A stretch of 63,079 nucleotides of DNA, filler included, from Bigelowiella natans CCMP2755 (GCA_000320545.1; 8 parts of 8 records of this genome joined end to end with filler, not necessarily neighbours in it); one strand, 5' to 3'. Counted from the whole stretch's first letter, positions 42,323 to 56,708 are shown. Notes: generated from the sequence alone by a model not told the origin. Translations and numbers: made by a program.

Positions 42323-43759
42323 CGCTCCCGCTATCAGCAGCGCCCTCGTCGTCATCAGCAACATCGTCGTCATCGTTGTCGTCATATCCTCGTTCATCTC
42401 TGCAAGAAGCCGCGACGGAAGGTGCTGCTCTCGTATCTGCTGGTCGCAATGGGGTCAAAGATGGTAGTAATGGGGACGGTGATGAGAATGTTAATGCAAA
42501 GGAGGGCAGAAGATCGTCCAGTCCTCCTCCTCCCTCGGTGCCTTTGTCAGAGCTGCTGCAACGCTTTTCTCGACTTCTTAACACAGAAAGCAGGCTCCTT
42601 CCCCACGGTAGTAATTACCGCTCTCCATCGCATAAATTAGCTTTTCCATGCCGTCGTCCACGTTCATGTTTTTCGCCATGTCACATTCTAATTGCCAAAA
42701 CCTCTTCCCCCCCACCTACCCGCTACCACAACCAGCACAACGAAAGCAGCAATCCAAGAAGGGGGGCCGAGGAAGGGAAGACGGATTGAAGAAGAGAAAA
42801 AGAAAGAAAAGGGGTGATGGGTACAACTATGATGGGGCCGACGATGATAAAGACGAAGATGATGGATTACACGACGACGACGACGACAAAAACCACGGCG
42901 GCCAACTAACAGGCAGAGGGGAGCTTCGGGTCAACGATACAGCTGATATTTTGCTGTCGCTTATCATGAAAAGCGGTCGTGATGATAAACCCAAATCCAA
43001 GGGGAAAGAAGGAGCTCGATCGGCCAGCAGTAGCAGCAGCGTCCGTGCGTATTCCCGCCCCTATCAGAGCCCTTTGAAAGCTGGCGAGGAGAGGGAGAGA
43101 GAGGAAGAGGAGGAGTTGCGACAGAGGATGAGTGTGATGCAGGGAGGAGGAGGAAGAGGAGGTGAAGCGTTGGCGGGGGATGGCTACCTGGAGATCATTA
43201 AGAAAAGGAATTTTCGGAGGAAGGCGGGCCGCATAAAGGATACAACGAGGCGTTTCTCTGTAACACAGATCACGTAGCAGTTATTGTTGTTAGTGTTGAT
43301 GATATGGACGCTGCAATGCGCTGAAGAGGGGGGGGTAGAAGAAGGAATAGAAGGAATGACTCTCTCTCTCTCTCTCTCTCTCTTTGTGTGTGTGTGTGAG
43401 GTTACGTACAAACAACAATCAACAGCATTAACTGTTTTTGTCGTTCATCATACCTTAGGTTGTTTCGCCCTTCCAGCCAACACAAGAACAGCAGAAAGCA
43501 ATAAACTTGCTCGATGGGTAGTGTAAGATGAGTAGTCACAACTGTTTTGCATCTGTTTTAAAGAGGAGACATTCAAACAATAATGCACTCACAATCAGGC
43601 TGCTGTCTAACGACACTCGTCGGTTCGCTGTGCTGAAAGGAGCAACTGGTGGCTGAATTGTTTACGACATAAAGCGACATCTCTTTTGTATCTAGCATAA
43701 ATCATATGTGTGTGTGTGTGTGTGTGAATGTGTGTGTATAAGAAGAATAGAAGGAATGA

Positions 43760-43804
<45 letters not shown>

Positions 43805-44422
43805 GTATGCGTGTGTGTGTGTGCATGTGCTCTTTGTCTCCTGCACTCTTTTGATTAGGCACTGGCAAAACTTTCATCATGGCAAATCTTGTGGAGAAAA
43901 TGCAGATGCCGACATTATTGCTTGCTCCGAATAAGGTGATGCATGATGGTGATGCAGCGTTGTTCTCTATGCCTGTAGTGTTTATGCGAGACGCTGTTCT
44001 TAACTCCCTCGCCCTCACCTACTTGTTATTTCGCGTGTGGAGCAACCCCAAATGGCTCCGTCACTGCAATTTCTAAAGCAGAATCTTCAGCGCTTTCGTC
44101 GCGCAGATGAACCATCCCGACATTACTACTACGCCCTCCATGAGAATAATACGATACATTGCGTTGATGACACATCTACCCAGGTCCTGGCGGCGCAGCT
44201 GTATAACGAATTTAAGACGCTGTTCCCAAAGAATAAGGTATGGATGAATGGTGAGGGTTTGCATGCACATAGTACGCGGTGCTTATTCTGCAAAGTAGGC
44301 GTGTGCTTTTCCAAGCTCTTATTCAATCTTACGGCCCTTCTCAAAGTGTTGCGTGTTTCTGTATCTATCCCTTCCTCTCATTACCCCCCTCTCCCCCCCT
44401 CCCTCCCTTCCTCCCTCCCTCC

Positions 44423-44462
<40 letters not shown>

Positions 44463-44630
44463 CTCAATTAAGGTCGAGTATTTCGTGTCATACTACGACT
44501 ACTACCGGCCTGAGTCATATCGAGCAGTAGGAGACGTCTATTCTGACAAGGTGCCGGTGATTGATTGATTGGGATGCTGCCACCTGTTAGTAGCACATAA
44601 GAAATATGCGCACATTTGCACACGTGTATG

Positions 44631-44674
<44 letters not shown>

Positions 44675-44852
44675 CGTGTGTGGGTGCGTGGGAGAATATA
44701 TGGGTGGTACGTGGCACTCATACATGAGTGCTCTTTTATTGTAGGAGAAAAGCCTTATTCCCCGTTGTCATCCCTTGCTATTAGGTCGCGAAGATAAACC
44801 AGCAAATCGATCGTATGCGCCACTCAGCAACTCGGTACGTGCGAGTGTTGAA

Positions 44853-44897
<45 letters not shown>

Positions 44898-45229
44898 CTT
44901 GCTGTTTGTCTATCAGTTTGTTCTCTCAAAAGCACATGCAGAGTATGATGATCAAACACACACACACACACGCACGCACACAATATATTGTTGCGGTACT
45001 ACCCGCAATGATCCTTGTTTTCGTTTGTTACGATGTTTAAAAGCTCGTTGTTTGAACGCTCCGACACACTGGTCGTCAGTTCCGTCTCATGCATTTACGG
45101 TGATGATACACATGCTGCATTCTCACCTGCTAACGAGGAGGGAGGGGAGAGGGAGAGAGAGATAGAGTAAAGGAGAAATTAAGGAGAGGAGAGGTCATTC
45201 TAGATGTAAGCGTGAACATGACTACTGTG

Positions 45230-45272
<43 letters not shown>

Positions 45273-45788
45273 ACCGTATTTGTTTCGCTGTATATGTACT
45301 CCTCTACTCCCCCCTCCCTGCTGTTTTGTATGGCACTAATCACCATCATCGGCCTGGCCTCTCCTCCTCCTCCTCCTCCTCCTCCTCCTCCTCCTCCTCC
45401 TAGGGTTGGGGATGCCTGCTGAATACCTCCAAAACGCCTTCCGCGTGCATATCGGCGCGCGTGTGAGCCCTGTCTCTCTCTGCGAGCAGCTCTCTTCGAT
45501 TCGGTAGTAAAAGCGTGTAGTTAGTTAGCGGTAGCATCAATGGGTTCGGACCGTATAATGACAAATTTGAGAGGTAGTGCTCGCAGACAGATCCTTCCCT
45601 CGATTGCTGTTGACCTTCGCTTGCCATGCGAAGGAACCCCCCTCCTCCCAACTGTTTTCTTAACATGTTTTTCTCTTGATGCGGCTAGATACGAGGACAC
45701 GCCGCCATTTGAACCAATTGAACGTGGAGGGTTTCGCTTTCTTCTCGGAGCTAATTCGAGGTCGTCGTGTGCTTTGGAAATCTTCTCC

Positions 45789-45833
<45 letters not shown>

Positions 45834-46799
45834 AATGTTTGTGTGTGTGTGTGTGTGTGGCGGGGGGGGAAGAGAGTAAGAGGGAGAATAGGTTGAAGGC
45901 GCATAGGCACTGATTTATCTTTTCACGCTTCACACAGTGGAATCCGCTACGTTGGCAGCGCACGCTCGTGGTTATCACACAACCAAAATTCATCCATTTT
46001 TTTGGAGATTTGGCCCGCATACGAGACCAGAATTCTGACGATGGAGCTTGCTCCGCTTACCCCCCTCCCCTGTAACGACGTTACGAGCAAGAACTCCAGT
46101 GGCTATAGAATGGAAGGCGGCGAGTCTATTCATGGAATGAAGGCGGTTGATAAGAGAACATTCTTTGGCAGCGATGAGAAGAAAGCAGAAGCAGTGGGGG
46201 AAGAAAGATTCCAAGATTTGGACGGAGCAGCCCAACGATTATCATCATCATCGTCAACAACAGCAGCAGAACCTTCACTGTCAACTCCTAATGAAACCAC
46301 GCTATTATCACCACCACCACCACCCCAACCAACGCACACAATCATATCGATGAAATTCTCCCCCCCACCCCTCAAAGGCGACTCTTCTTCTTCTTCTTCT
46401 TCGAGCTTTAACGCTACAGCTGTGACGAATCTTCCTACCCCTCCCCATGCGAACTCCACCCGCAGCGATGACAGAGCGAGGATGGCCGTCGAGACCAAGA
46501 GAAAGGGAGGGAAGGAAGAAGAAGAAGAAGAAGAAGAAGAGGTTGGCTGCCGCAATATTTGCTGATGTTGTTGGGTATATCACTTTCGCCTTGGAACAGA
46601 ACGTCGTGTGTTGATATATTCTAGTCATAGGAAGAATCAGGCGCAATGCCCCTTCATCTATGTAGATGTATATAATTGGTGTGTGCGTTTACGTGTGTGC
46701 GTACATTATTTATCAATATCCCAACAGCACCAGCCCGGACACACCCTCATTCTTAAAGATGGGGAGGTTGAGGAGGAGGGGGAAGAAGGCACCGACGAT

Positions 46800-46834
<35 letters not shown>

Positions 46835-46940
46835 ATTGAAGCACCGGCAGCAACAGCGGTCTCAGGCTGTAAGCAACTTCGTGATATACCCTGCCTCCCA
46901 CCACATCGTCACCAAGGAGGAGAAGGTCTGTACTACTATT

Positions 46941-46978
<38 letters not shown>

Positions 46979-47200
46979 GGAAGGCGCACTTCTCAGCCAT
47001 TGCTATCGAATTACCATCTCATTGCCATACGCGATCACCGTATGGAGCTCTGGAGACACACATATGGAAAGGGGGGTGGGGTGGGGGGGTATTACAACAT
47101 GATATGGTGATACAGGGTGGCGTAGCCTATACGCAAGTAGATACAGGAGAGTGGTGCTCTTTTGGAAGTTGTTCTTCCTGAATATTCAGCATGCAATATG

Positions 47201-47236
<36 letters not shown>

Positions 47237-47801
47237 ACTCCTCGTTCTCTCGCCCCCCCCCCCCCCCTCTCTTCCGCTCGCAATGCCTTGACACGAACCT
47301 ATGCTTCAGGAAAGAGTCTTTCGACATATCAGGGAAGAGCTCGATATACGGTGAGGAAGGGGTTGGGGGGGGGGGGACTCTCAGAGTTGTGTATACACCG
47401 TCATCTTATCTTTGCGTAATGAATGCCTATTAGGCTGGGAGAGCTCAGAGCATATGGAAAGGAGATGGAGGCGAAACGATTGGTAGTTTAAGAAGAATGA
47501 TAGTAATGACGATGACGATGACGATGATGATGGTGATGATGATGATGAGAGAGAGATGATAGAGAGAATACAAAATCTTTCTTTATCGAATGTGCGCGTC
47601 CAGGCCTTTCGCACAGAAGCAAATCTGGAAGCTTTGGAAACGCTCGGGTACTGTAAAGGGGTGGAGAACTATGCGCGTCATCTCGCAGGTATGTGGCGAC
47701 TGTGCTTTATACTCAACGATTTAACGCTACATAAGAGCTTGGAGTGTGTGAAAGGACTGCCTGTATAAAACACAAAGAACCATGCGAGAAATATGTATAT
47801 A

Positions 47802-47841
<40 letters not shown>

Positions 47842-48281
47842 TATATTATGTGTTGGAATCATTCATCAATGCCCTGCCATACACATTTCCAATATGATCA
47901 AATTTTTAAATCCATCCTTACACCCTTGTCCCCCCCTTCCCCCCCCCACCTTCCCTCCGCTCTCTTCTGGACGGAAAGGGAGGAACCCTGGAGAGCCTCC
48001 AGAAACTCTCTTGGATTACTTTCCCTACGATGGGCAGTGGATGGTATGCTAAGCGTGAAGTAGTAGTAGTAGTAGTAGTAGTAGTTGTTGTTGTTCTTGT
48101 TGTAGTAGAAGTAGGGGATGCTGTCATTATTATTAGTGTTCCTGCTGCTGCTGCTGATGATGATGAAATTGACGGGGATGATTTAATAAGAATGATGAAG
48201 ATGATGATTCAATTCATAATTTTGTGTTGTTGGCGTAGCTAATGGTGGATGAAAGCCATGTCTCTCTACCACAGATAAGAG
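37993..48281 (+). CDS. Putative spliced UvrC-UvrB fusion protein with N-terminal signal-like peptide, 3' part missing at the gap
   Basis: UvrC motifs: IEAYDISH, SDD..SM, PDLVLIDGGKPQL, LAKREE, RDEAH and an HhH-like tail. UvrB motifs: FSVVSPFQP, GATGTGKT, APNK|VLAAQLYNEFK, VEYFVSYYDYYRPE, DRMRHSATR, SVSCIYGLG, GVENYARH, TLLDYF and VDESH. All linker splice junctions are phase-compatible. Confidence 0.7.
39502..40930 (+). CDS. uvrC: UvrC RNase H-like endonuclease and HhH portion of the locus
   Basis: YDISH / DD / IDGG / RDEAH catalytic motifs across two exons (39502-40183, 40676 onward). Confidence 0.9.
43459..48281 (+). CDS. uvrB: UvrB helicase portion of the locus (N-terminal half visible)
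   Basis: Walker A GATGTGKT, beta-hairpin FVSYYDYYRPE and Walker B VDESH, spread over many short exons. Confidence 0.92.
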
Positions 48282-48312
<31 letters not shown>

Positions 48313-48576
48313 CCAGGAAAGAGAAGAACAAACATCTATGATTCTTGATTCTATGACACACAATATAAAATCATTATTTTGCATCCTCCGTTTACCCTTG
48401 TGGCATTGCTCCTCCCCCCNNNNNNNNNNNNNNNNNNNNNNNNNNNNNNNNNNNNNNNNNNNNTTAATTAATTAANNNNNNNNNNNNNNNNNNNNNNNNN
48501 NNNNNNNNNNNNNNNNNNNTCTCCCCCCCCCCCCCCCCCCCCCTCCCTTTCTTTTCCTCTTCTCTAATATAAACCT

Positions 48577-49677
48577 GTGTCCCGTCGACGTAGCAGACAG
48601 AGAGTCGGTACCGGTTGTTTCCCTTCTTCTTCACGTCCTTCACCATCCCCTTGTACCAGCCGATGTACATGCCTTTTCAGGGGGAGGAGGGAGGGGAGGA
48701 GGATAAGGGAGGTGGGTTATGTGATGATAATGATAATGATATTGACAGTGACGACGCTCTATCCTTCTCAATTGTGAGAGAGAGAGAGAGACAGAGAAGT
48801 AAATTAAGGATCAACAATAGCATTGCGAGGAAGCTGCACCCATAATCGTGTCAGTCAACGACTCGGATCTCTCTACTTCTTTCTTTTCTTCTTCTTCTTC
48901 TTCTTCTTCTTCTTCTCCTCCTCCTTCTCGATCTTCTTCCCCTTATTCACCACCACGAGAAATACAAAAATAGTCGCGACTTACCCACATCCGGGTCATC
49001 GACCGTGAACATGCCCTGCGAAGGAGGAGGAAAACGAGGGGGGGGGGAGGGGGGAAAGTGAGAAACAATGCGATTGAAAATGATGAAAAGAATGGCTTCT
49101 TCATAGCCTGGTACAGTGTAGGAGCGAGGAACATCGATGTTAGGTATATACTCACTGTTATATAGCTACTACATAGCACTCAGCTCTGGCGTTCCCCTCC
49201 CCCTCTTCCCTCCACAATAGTATCATAGTACAACATATCAATGGTAGGACTATCTAATTCGAAGCAATGATCATCTGCAAGGCTGTTGTTGTGTGTGATG
49301 ATGATGATGATGCGAAGGACCAGCGCGTGCATCTTTTCCCGAGGCTTCAAGCTCTTTCTCGCCTCCTCACCATTCACCAAGATCAAGTCCTCCATATTCT
49401 GAGAGAGAGAAAGGGGGGGGGTTAGAGGGGGAAAGAAACACGATAGCCAAAAGGAAAATGTGTAGGAACTTTCGTGCAGAGATAATGTTAAAAAAATAGA
49501 TAAGAGAAGAAGAAGAAAAAGAAGAAGAAGACGACGACGACAAGCAGAATCATGTGATTCTCCGACGTGCAGGTATCTCCACACGTTTCGGTTTAAAACC
49601 AATCATGGTGTGTCCCCAGCCAGCTAGCATCTACTATCTTGCTGCTGTGCCCCTCGAAACCACATTGAATCTTGCCG

Positions 49678-49712
<35 letters not shown>

Positions 49713-50200
49713 ATTGTTATTGTTGAATTGTTTCGCCTCGATACGTACCTTCGCTGGATATGTAAGCGTGGTAGACTTCAGCGCCTTCACGTCGTAAACG
49801 ACCCTTATCTGTGACGATGATGGTCACATCACAACGCGCACGGGTATGGTGGATGATTAGAAGGGGGAGAGAGAGAAGAATGGAGAATGGGGGCCTTCTT
49901 TACCGTGTATGTTTCAGCTGTTTTAACGCCTTTCCTAGCCTCACCGCCCTCCTCTTCCTTCTTCTCCACCTTGGCGATCTTGCCCTTGTTGTACCATCCG
50001 CGGTGCTTCACTGAAAATTAGGGATGTGGAAGGGGGAGGGGAGGGGGGATGGTCATCTGTGTGTGCGTGTGTGCGTGTGTGTGTGTGTGCGGGCTCGGTA
50101 TTTTTGCTTTTCTAGTCGGCAGTAAAAAGGCCACGAGAATGAATTGTGAGCTGTGGATCCTTGTCTGTTTACATTCCCCTTATAATTTTCCCATATCCGC

Positions 50201-50231
<31 letters not shown>

Positions 50232-51640
50232 CTTCTACCACTACTAATATTAATAGTAATAATAATACTTTTACTATTACCCATGGCCGTCATGTTCTCT
50301 TCTGGCACGATGACCTCTTCCCATGGCGCTGCTACTGCTGTGCTGCTGCTGCTGCTGCTGCTCGTGGCGCTGTTGTTGATGTTGTTGCTGCTGTTGTTGG
50401 CGCTGTCGGTTATCGTCGTCGCAGTTGTCACCGAAGTCGCTGTGCTATCGAGAGACGTATTCGAGCCCCGCCCACCGGCTGAAGGAGTGCTTGCCGCTGA
50501 AGCAGCAGCACAGCAACACAGCAGCAGCACACGGTCATTATGTGACTCAAAGCGCGAGAGGCTTTCAAAAGCATAAACGTCGATGTTAAGTGTGCGGGTT
50601 GCGACCCCCCCCCCCCCCCCACCTTGTGGGCTGGGGGTGAGCAAGCTGTTTGTGTGGTGGGTACTATCGTCGAATTCATCATTTGTTTCATGTTCTCTAT
50701 TGCGGGGTGACATTTTTGAAACTCTTTTCCCGTTCTAAGTGAATCCCCTCGGCCAGTCGCACGACGGAACGGTGAGAACAGCACCGAGTAGAGGAGGGGG
50801 GGGGGGGGGGGGGGGACCACCACCTCGTTTCTTAGGGGTCACAAACCCCCTTAGNNNNNNNNNNNNNNNNNNNNNNNNNNNNNNNNNNNNNNNNNNNNTT
50901 AATTAATTAANNNNNNNNNNNNNNNNNNNNNNNNNNNNNNNNNNNNNNNNNNNNATTGTTTAGTATTGTTACTGTTATTATCATTATCATTATCATTAAT
51001 CACTGCTGAAAGCATCTTCCATATACGTATTCGCAGATGGTGGAGCAATGGGTAGGCATGTGGCAAGAGGAGGTCGCGCTCCATGCGACTATATGAATCG
51101 TACGTCGGGTTTTCGAACCCCCCCCCCTCCCCCCCCTCCCCTCCTCTCCCCTCTCTCTTGCCCCCTCTACATGGTCTGTGAGGCTTATTTTTGAAGTGAT
51201 GGCTCTGCCACCGCTACTCATCATCACTCATCTTCCTACTTATGTTATATTATTATTGCTACTGCTACCTTGTCTACTGCTAGGGTCAATCCTTCGCGAT
51301 AGAGCAGCCCTGCACCCCGTGATACGTGCCGGCAATGGTGGTCAGCAATCACTTTGCGGCACTGAGTTATGGCCTCCTTTCCGTCCTCCTTCCATTCTAA
51401 TGCACTGAGAGGTGGAAACGACGGTGGTGGATAGAGAGCAGGTCTCCAGGTGATGATGTCCGTAGACGTGTAGCTGCTACTGCTATTTTGTTTCGAGGAG
51501 GAAGAGTCACGATTGAAGAGACCGTGATGATGGGTGTCTTTAATTTCGATCTGGCCGACGTCTCTACCATTTCTCTTGTTGATCTCGTTGCTGCTGCTAC
51601 TACAGCAACCACCGCCATCACTTCTGTACACTTCTTCTCC
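48577..51640 (-). CDS. Hypothetical multi-exon protein with possible Tudor/Agenet-like repeats
   Basis: Two segments, HRGWYNKGKIAKV...IRVVYD and YIGWYKGMVKDV...LSVCYVDG, resemble the WY.g.i......V.y.Dg Tudor-like pattern. Interrupted by gaps. Confidence 0.35.
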
Positions 51641-51682
51641 ACGATTATGTTGTTTAGCGATGATAAAGACCTCGTTCTGCGA

Positions 51683-51720
<38 letters not shown>

Positions 51721-52389
51721 CATACGGTTGTTGTTGTTAAGGAAAGATTAAGACATGCGAGAAATATATTCTATTATACTACAATTACAGCCCATTTCCC
51801 TGTCCTCCCTTTCTCTCACAAACACGCACATACACATACACATACACAATGTTCCTCGACATCCTCTTATATACCGGTAAAAAGTTTCTATCTGCGTCTA
51901 AATCTGTTCCTCCAGTGACCTGTGTGAATGGTGGGATGGATCAGTAAAAAGCTGATTTGACAACTACTTGATTGACGGCAAAAGACAATCACACGCTATT
52001 TCTAACCACAGGGAACGAAACAAGATACCAAAAATGCTTTCATCAGCAGCAGAACAACTGACCCAAAGCTGGCATCTGTCGCGCCTTAGTCTAATATAGT
52101 AGTCCCGCCATTTCTCTCTGATTTGTTATTTATGCGACGATGAAGATGACTGGCAGAGCTATTTTTTCGATGACACCCCCAGCAAAGGCTCTGGCGATTT
52201 GCTTGACTCTCTGAGGGAGGGAGGTAGGAAAGAGTTTCTACCGTGCTCTTTTGAAAGGCCNNNNNNNNNNNNNNNNNNNNNNNNNNNNNNNNNNNNNNNN
52301 NNNNTTAATTAATTAANNNNNNNNNNNNNNNNNNNNNNNNNNNNNNNNNNNNNNNNNNNNGAGATAATCAACAATCCACACTGCCTCAC

Positions 52390-54091
52390 CTCAGGTTGAG
52401 CATAGTACCAGCGTGGCAGGAGTTGGGATCGTTGCAATGAAGCTCAGAGCCTCTGCATATCATGTCTGCACGGCCTACGGGTTGGATTTCGGGCTCTACC
52501 CGAGATTTTCACCGTGATCTGATTGTAACATGATGCCATCTCACTTTCTTTTTCGGGCAGGATGGCCACCCTTACTTACGAGTACGGTGGGGACATTTTC
52601 GCTGCAATTGAAAGGGGCTAGTCTTTCATTCATAGCGGGCATTTGGGGGGGGGGGGGCTACCGAAGAGGATTTCATCGCGATAGGGATTGTAGCACGCTG
52701 ACTTGACGTTGTTTTCGAATTTATATTCTTTTAGCATACGGTCCTCCTCGTATTTCCACAGTATCGCCTGGCCGTCCGAGCTGCAGGAGATCAGCGTTCC
52801 AGAGTACGTGTTCAGGAAGTAGAGTGCGCTGATGCTGGCGGTGTGGGCGTCCAGGACGTTGATGCAGCTCCGAGAGACCGAGTCCCAAATGCGTATCGTG
52901 CAGTCATCGGAGCCTGAGATGATCACATGCTCGTCCACACAAACACTGGAGACGGCACCGGTGTGGCCCTCCAGAGTCCCATCGGCACTTTTCGTGCGAG
53001 GCGACCACAGCAGAACGGTTGGAAGGTTGCTGCCAATCACCAACGCATCCGTCGTATGGCTGTAACAGCAACAAAGTATCTCTTCTTCGGAGATCTTGCC
53101 GCTGAACTCGAAAGCAGGGTCGATGGAGGTACCCCTCTTCGGCGTCACGTCAAAAAGGCAGAGGGTCTTGTCGAAGGAGCACGAGGCTAGCATGTATCGG
53201 AGCGACTTCGGAGGCTTGAAGAAGCACAGCGCCGACACTGTGTTGGTGTGTTTTTTCATCGACGTGTGATTTCCGCTCGCAAAGTTCCACACCCGAATCG
53301 ACCCATCATCGTGCCCCGTCGCGAAGAAAGGTAGATTCGCCGCGCTGACGTGCGTGACACAACATATTTCCGATTTTCTCTCCTTGAGGGTCTGTATGCA
53401 GTTGTTATCGTAGGGGTCCCAGCACCTCAGCGTCATGTCCATTGACATGGTGTAGGTGCGGTACTGAGCTGGGGATTTATCATTTGAGGAAGACCGCTCC
53501 GTCAAGCTCCCACTGCTACTTCTACCTATGCTGCCTATATCGTCGTCGTCATCGTCGTCGTCGTCGCCTCCACCCTCGTTCTTTTCCTCCTCCCTCACAG
53601 GCCTGTCCCCGAGGCAGAATATGCCCAAGACGCCCTCAGAGTGGCCAACGATCTCCTTTTCGGCGGTTGCACGCTGGAGCTGGAAGGCCTCCATCTCCGG
53701 CGAGTCTTTGCGCGAGATGACGAAGGAGTCCTGCTCCGCGTCGAAGGTGATGCCGGTGATGGCTGCGTGGCAGACGTGCAAGTTGATAGCCTCCCCCCCC
53801 GACAGCGGCTTCCAGAGCTGCAAGAAGCCCTTCTGGTCAACGAGCACGAGCTCCTGCTGCAGGTCGTTCCAGGCGACACCCGTGTACCGACAATTGTTGG
53901 GATTTGCGCGGCTTCGAAACTTCTTGGAGGAGCGGAGGTCATAGCCTATCAACATCCCGTCGTGGGAGATAGTCCACAGGAGGCACTCCCTCACCGAGAT
54001 GGCCACGCCGCAAATCATCTGCTTGTGCAGCTTCGCGGTGCCGCGCGGCATGAAGGTACTCACCCCAGTTGACGAGGCGACCTGATTACGA

Positions 54092-54125
<34 letters not shown>

Positions 54126-54168
54126 CGTGTGTGCATTGGTATCACGAAAGTATATTTGCTTTTGTGTG

Positions 54169-54213
<45 letters not shown>

Positions 54214-54531
54214 AATTATTCATATTTAAATCATTCTAATGCTCGCTACATGACACAACAGCTATAAAACGCAAAAACTAACTTACTGGTGTAAAGAGAT
54301 GTACGAGTCCTTTCCCATCGCACAAGGAAACCTACGAAACACCAACAGAAGACGGTGCAGAAGTGTGTGACGCGTATATAATATAATATAAATCAGCTTT
54401 CCAGTGAAGAGACGCTTATATAGAAACTCTATTCAGCAACTAACCTTGGGTCCATCCACCTTCTCCATGCCAATATGAAACACCCAGTTCGAAGTCTAAT
54501 AACACACACACAGAGAGAGACAAATACACAG

Positions 54532-54565
<34 letters not shown>

Positions 54566-55788
54566 ACAGACACAAAACAATGATCAGAAGACAGAGTGGA
54601 ATCTATAAGAGTAGCAAAGCGTGGGCAATGAAAGAGGCTGTTTAGAGGAACAAACTGGCAAAGCACGACGCGCTTGATATATTGCAATGATTATGAAACA
54701 GGGGACGCACGTGGATGCACTGAAGCGTTTTCAGCTTAATCTTCGCCCCTCTTTCCTCCTCAACGAGCTTCGACACGATGACTTTCCGTGAGGTGGACGA
54801 GGACAGAACGTAGCTGTCTAATCTCGCGAGAGAAAGCACCGATCCTGAGTGCTGGTAAACAACCTCAGTGTCAGCAGCAGCAGTAGCAGCCATATCGTGT
54901 ACGTGGCAACCGCACTACTACTACAACTACTACTACTACTACCTGTTTCGTTGTGGCTAGGCTCTTGGTTGGTCTCTCGTTACTCCAGGGAGTCCAAACT
55001 TTGATCGTGTTGTCTGCAGACCCGGACAGCAAAATCCCAGTTTTCCCGCAGTCTAGCATGGGTAGCAGGCAGAACACAGGCCCTTTGTGCTCATTTAGGC
55101 TGAATGGCCGCGGTAAAGAGATAGCGAGCAGAGGGGAGGGGGGAGGAAAGGACCAGGAGGGAGGAAGGGGACGTGAAGGATGAGTAAGTTTATGGTATAA
55201 ATGAATAAAGACGATGCTGATTCAAGATTATGCACCCCAAACCATCACGCCTGGAGCAAACGGCAATGCATCGCGAATTATTTCGAAAACATGTGAACGG
55301 GCATGCATGTAGGTATAACCAAGCACCCATGTACTAATGCAGCTACTACTAACTGGAGGCATCGGCTCCCGGTCCAGACTAAGATGATATTTGTACTCGT
55401 TCCTGATGACACATATAATAGGCTCAAAACTCATTCTTCTGGGCACTAATTCTCCCTTTCATTTCGAAGGATTTCGTCTGTTTAGTCAGCATTTGCCTAC
55501 CGGCTATTATTGTCCGCTTTCTCTTTACATTCACATGGCATTTAATAGCCACCTAATCCCACACACAAACCAAACACACGTGTACACCAAGGCACAAGCA
55601 CACAAAACAGACACGCTCACAATGGGTCGGCGTTCTTTCGCACAAGCATAGAGATCACAATTGAGAGTATTGCGTGATATAGAATAATGTGACGCGACCC
55701 TTCACGACACTAGCACCTTTGGCGAGCGGTCATACGCGGAATGCCTTGGCAGTCCTGAGACCAGATCCCGTGTCTTTATAATCTCCAT
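52390..55788 (-). CDS. WD40-repeat protein, multi-exon with one exon of about 1.4 kb, ends uncertain
   Basis: Multiple GH...WD repeats: GHTGAVSSVCVDEHVIISGSDDCTIRIWD, TGHDDGSIRVWN, SMDMTLRCWD and EHKGPVFCL...SGSADNTIKVW. Confidence 0.85.
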
Positions 55789-56646
55789 TGTAGATTTCCT
55801 AGGTCTATCTCTTCGCAACAAGCTTCTCCTTGAGGTCAGGTGTAGGCATCAAATTGTGCTGTGTTGCTCCGTAGAGTCCCTGCGTTGAGATCGTCGCTTG
55901 GTGCCTGGTTCTCCTCCTCTAAATTCTCGGTTTCCAGGCGAGGAGGGGGAGTAACTGACGATGCCTCATTTCTTGGCATTCATCTTAGAGCAACACAAAA
56001 AGATGGTGATATTAATACCAAATATATCTAAAATCTCTTCAAAATCCATGATGTAGCGGAGAGTTTTTCTTTTCAGAACTTCCTCCCTTACTCCATCTCA
56101 GTTTCGGCTTGGTTATTTCCAGCTTTAATTCTGGTCCAGAATAGCCATCGGCCCCCAGGACGTCTGCGATGTCGCAGCCTATAACCCCTTGTCGTAGCCT
56201 CCGAATCCTATAGTTTCCCTTTATATTCTAACGATACTCTGATATCGTACGTAACCGAAGTCAAAGATCTTTGTATGTGGTTTTACATGCGCGACACCCA
56301 AAAATCATTGTCGCAATTCTCCAATACAGCAGTTTCCGGGACGTCCTCAGCGACATGCACAGTTGGTAAAGAATCTGCTGATACAACATATTATCATTAG
56401 ATCTATTGTAAGTGGGTGGGGGGAGTGAGCGGAGCTGTCAAGGAGTCACTCGATAGACCTCGAAGCAGAAGGTCACCTCTCAGTCCTCTCAAGAGGCTGC
56501 CAGTTGGAAAATGCTAGTCAAGTGTGCGGTTACGGGAAAGCTCGTTCATCTGGATGACTTGCATGCCCACCTGACGGTAATGAATGCATGTTATTCAACC
56601 AAGTGATGATAAAAGGGAAGAGGGAGGGGGGGGGGGAGAGAGAGAG

Positions 56647-56708
<62 letters not shown>

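Noticed and set aside
39463-48281. Bacterial contamination as the source of uvrB/uvrC
   Set aside because: The coding sequence is split by many spliceosomal introns with the same microsatellites as neighbouring host genes.
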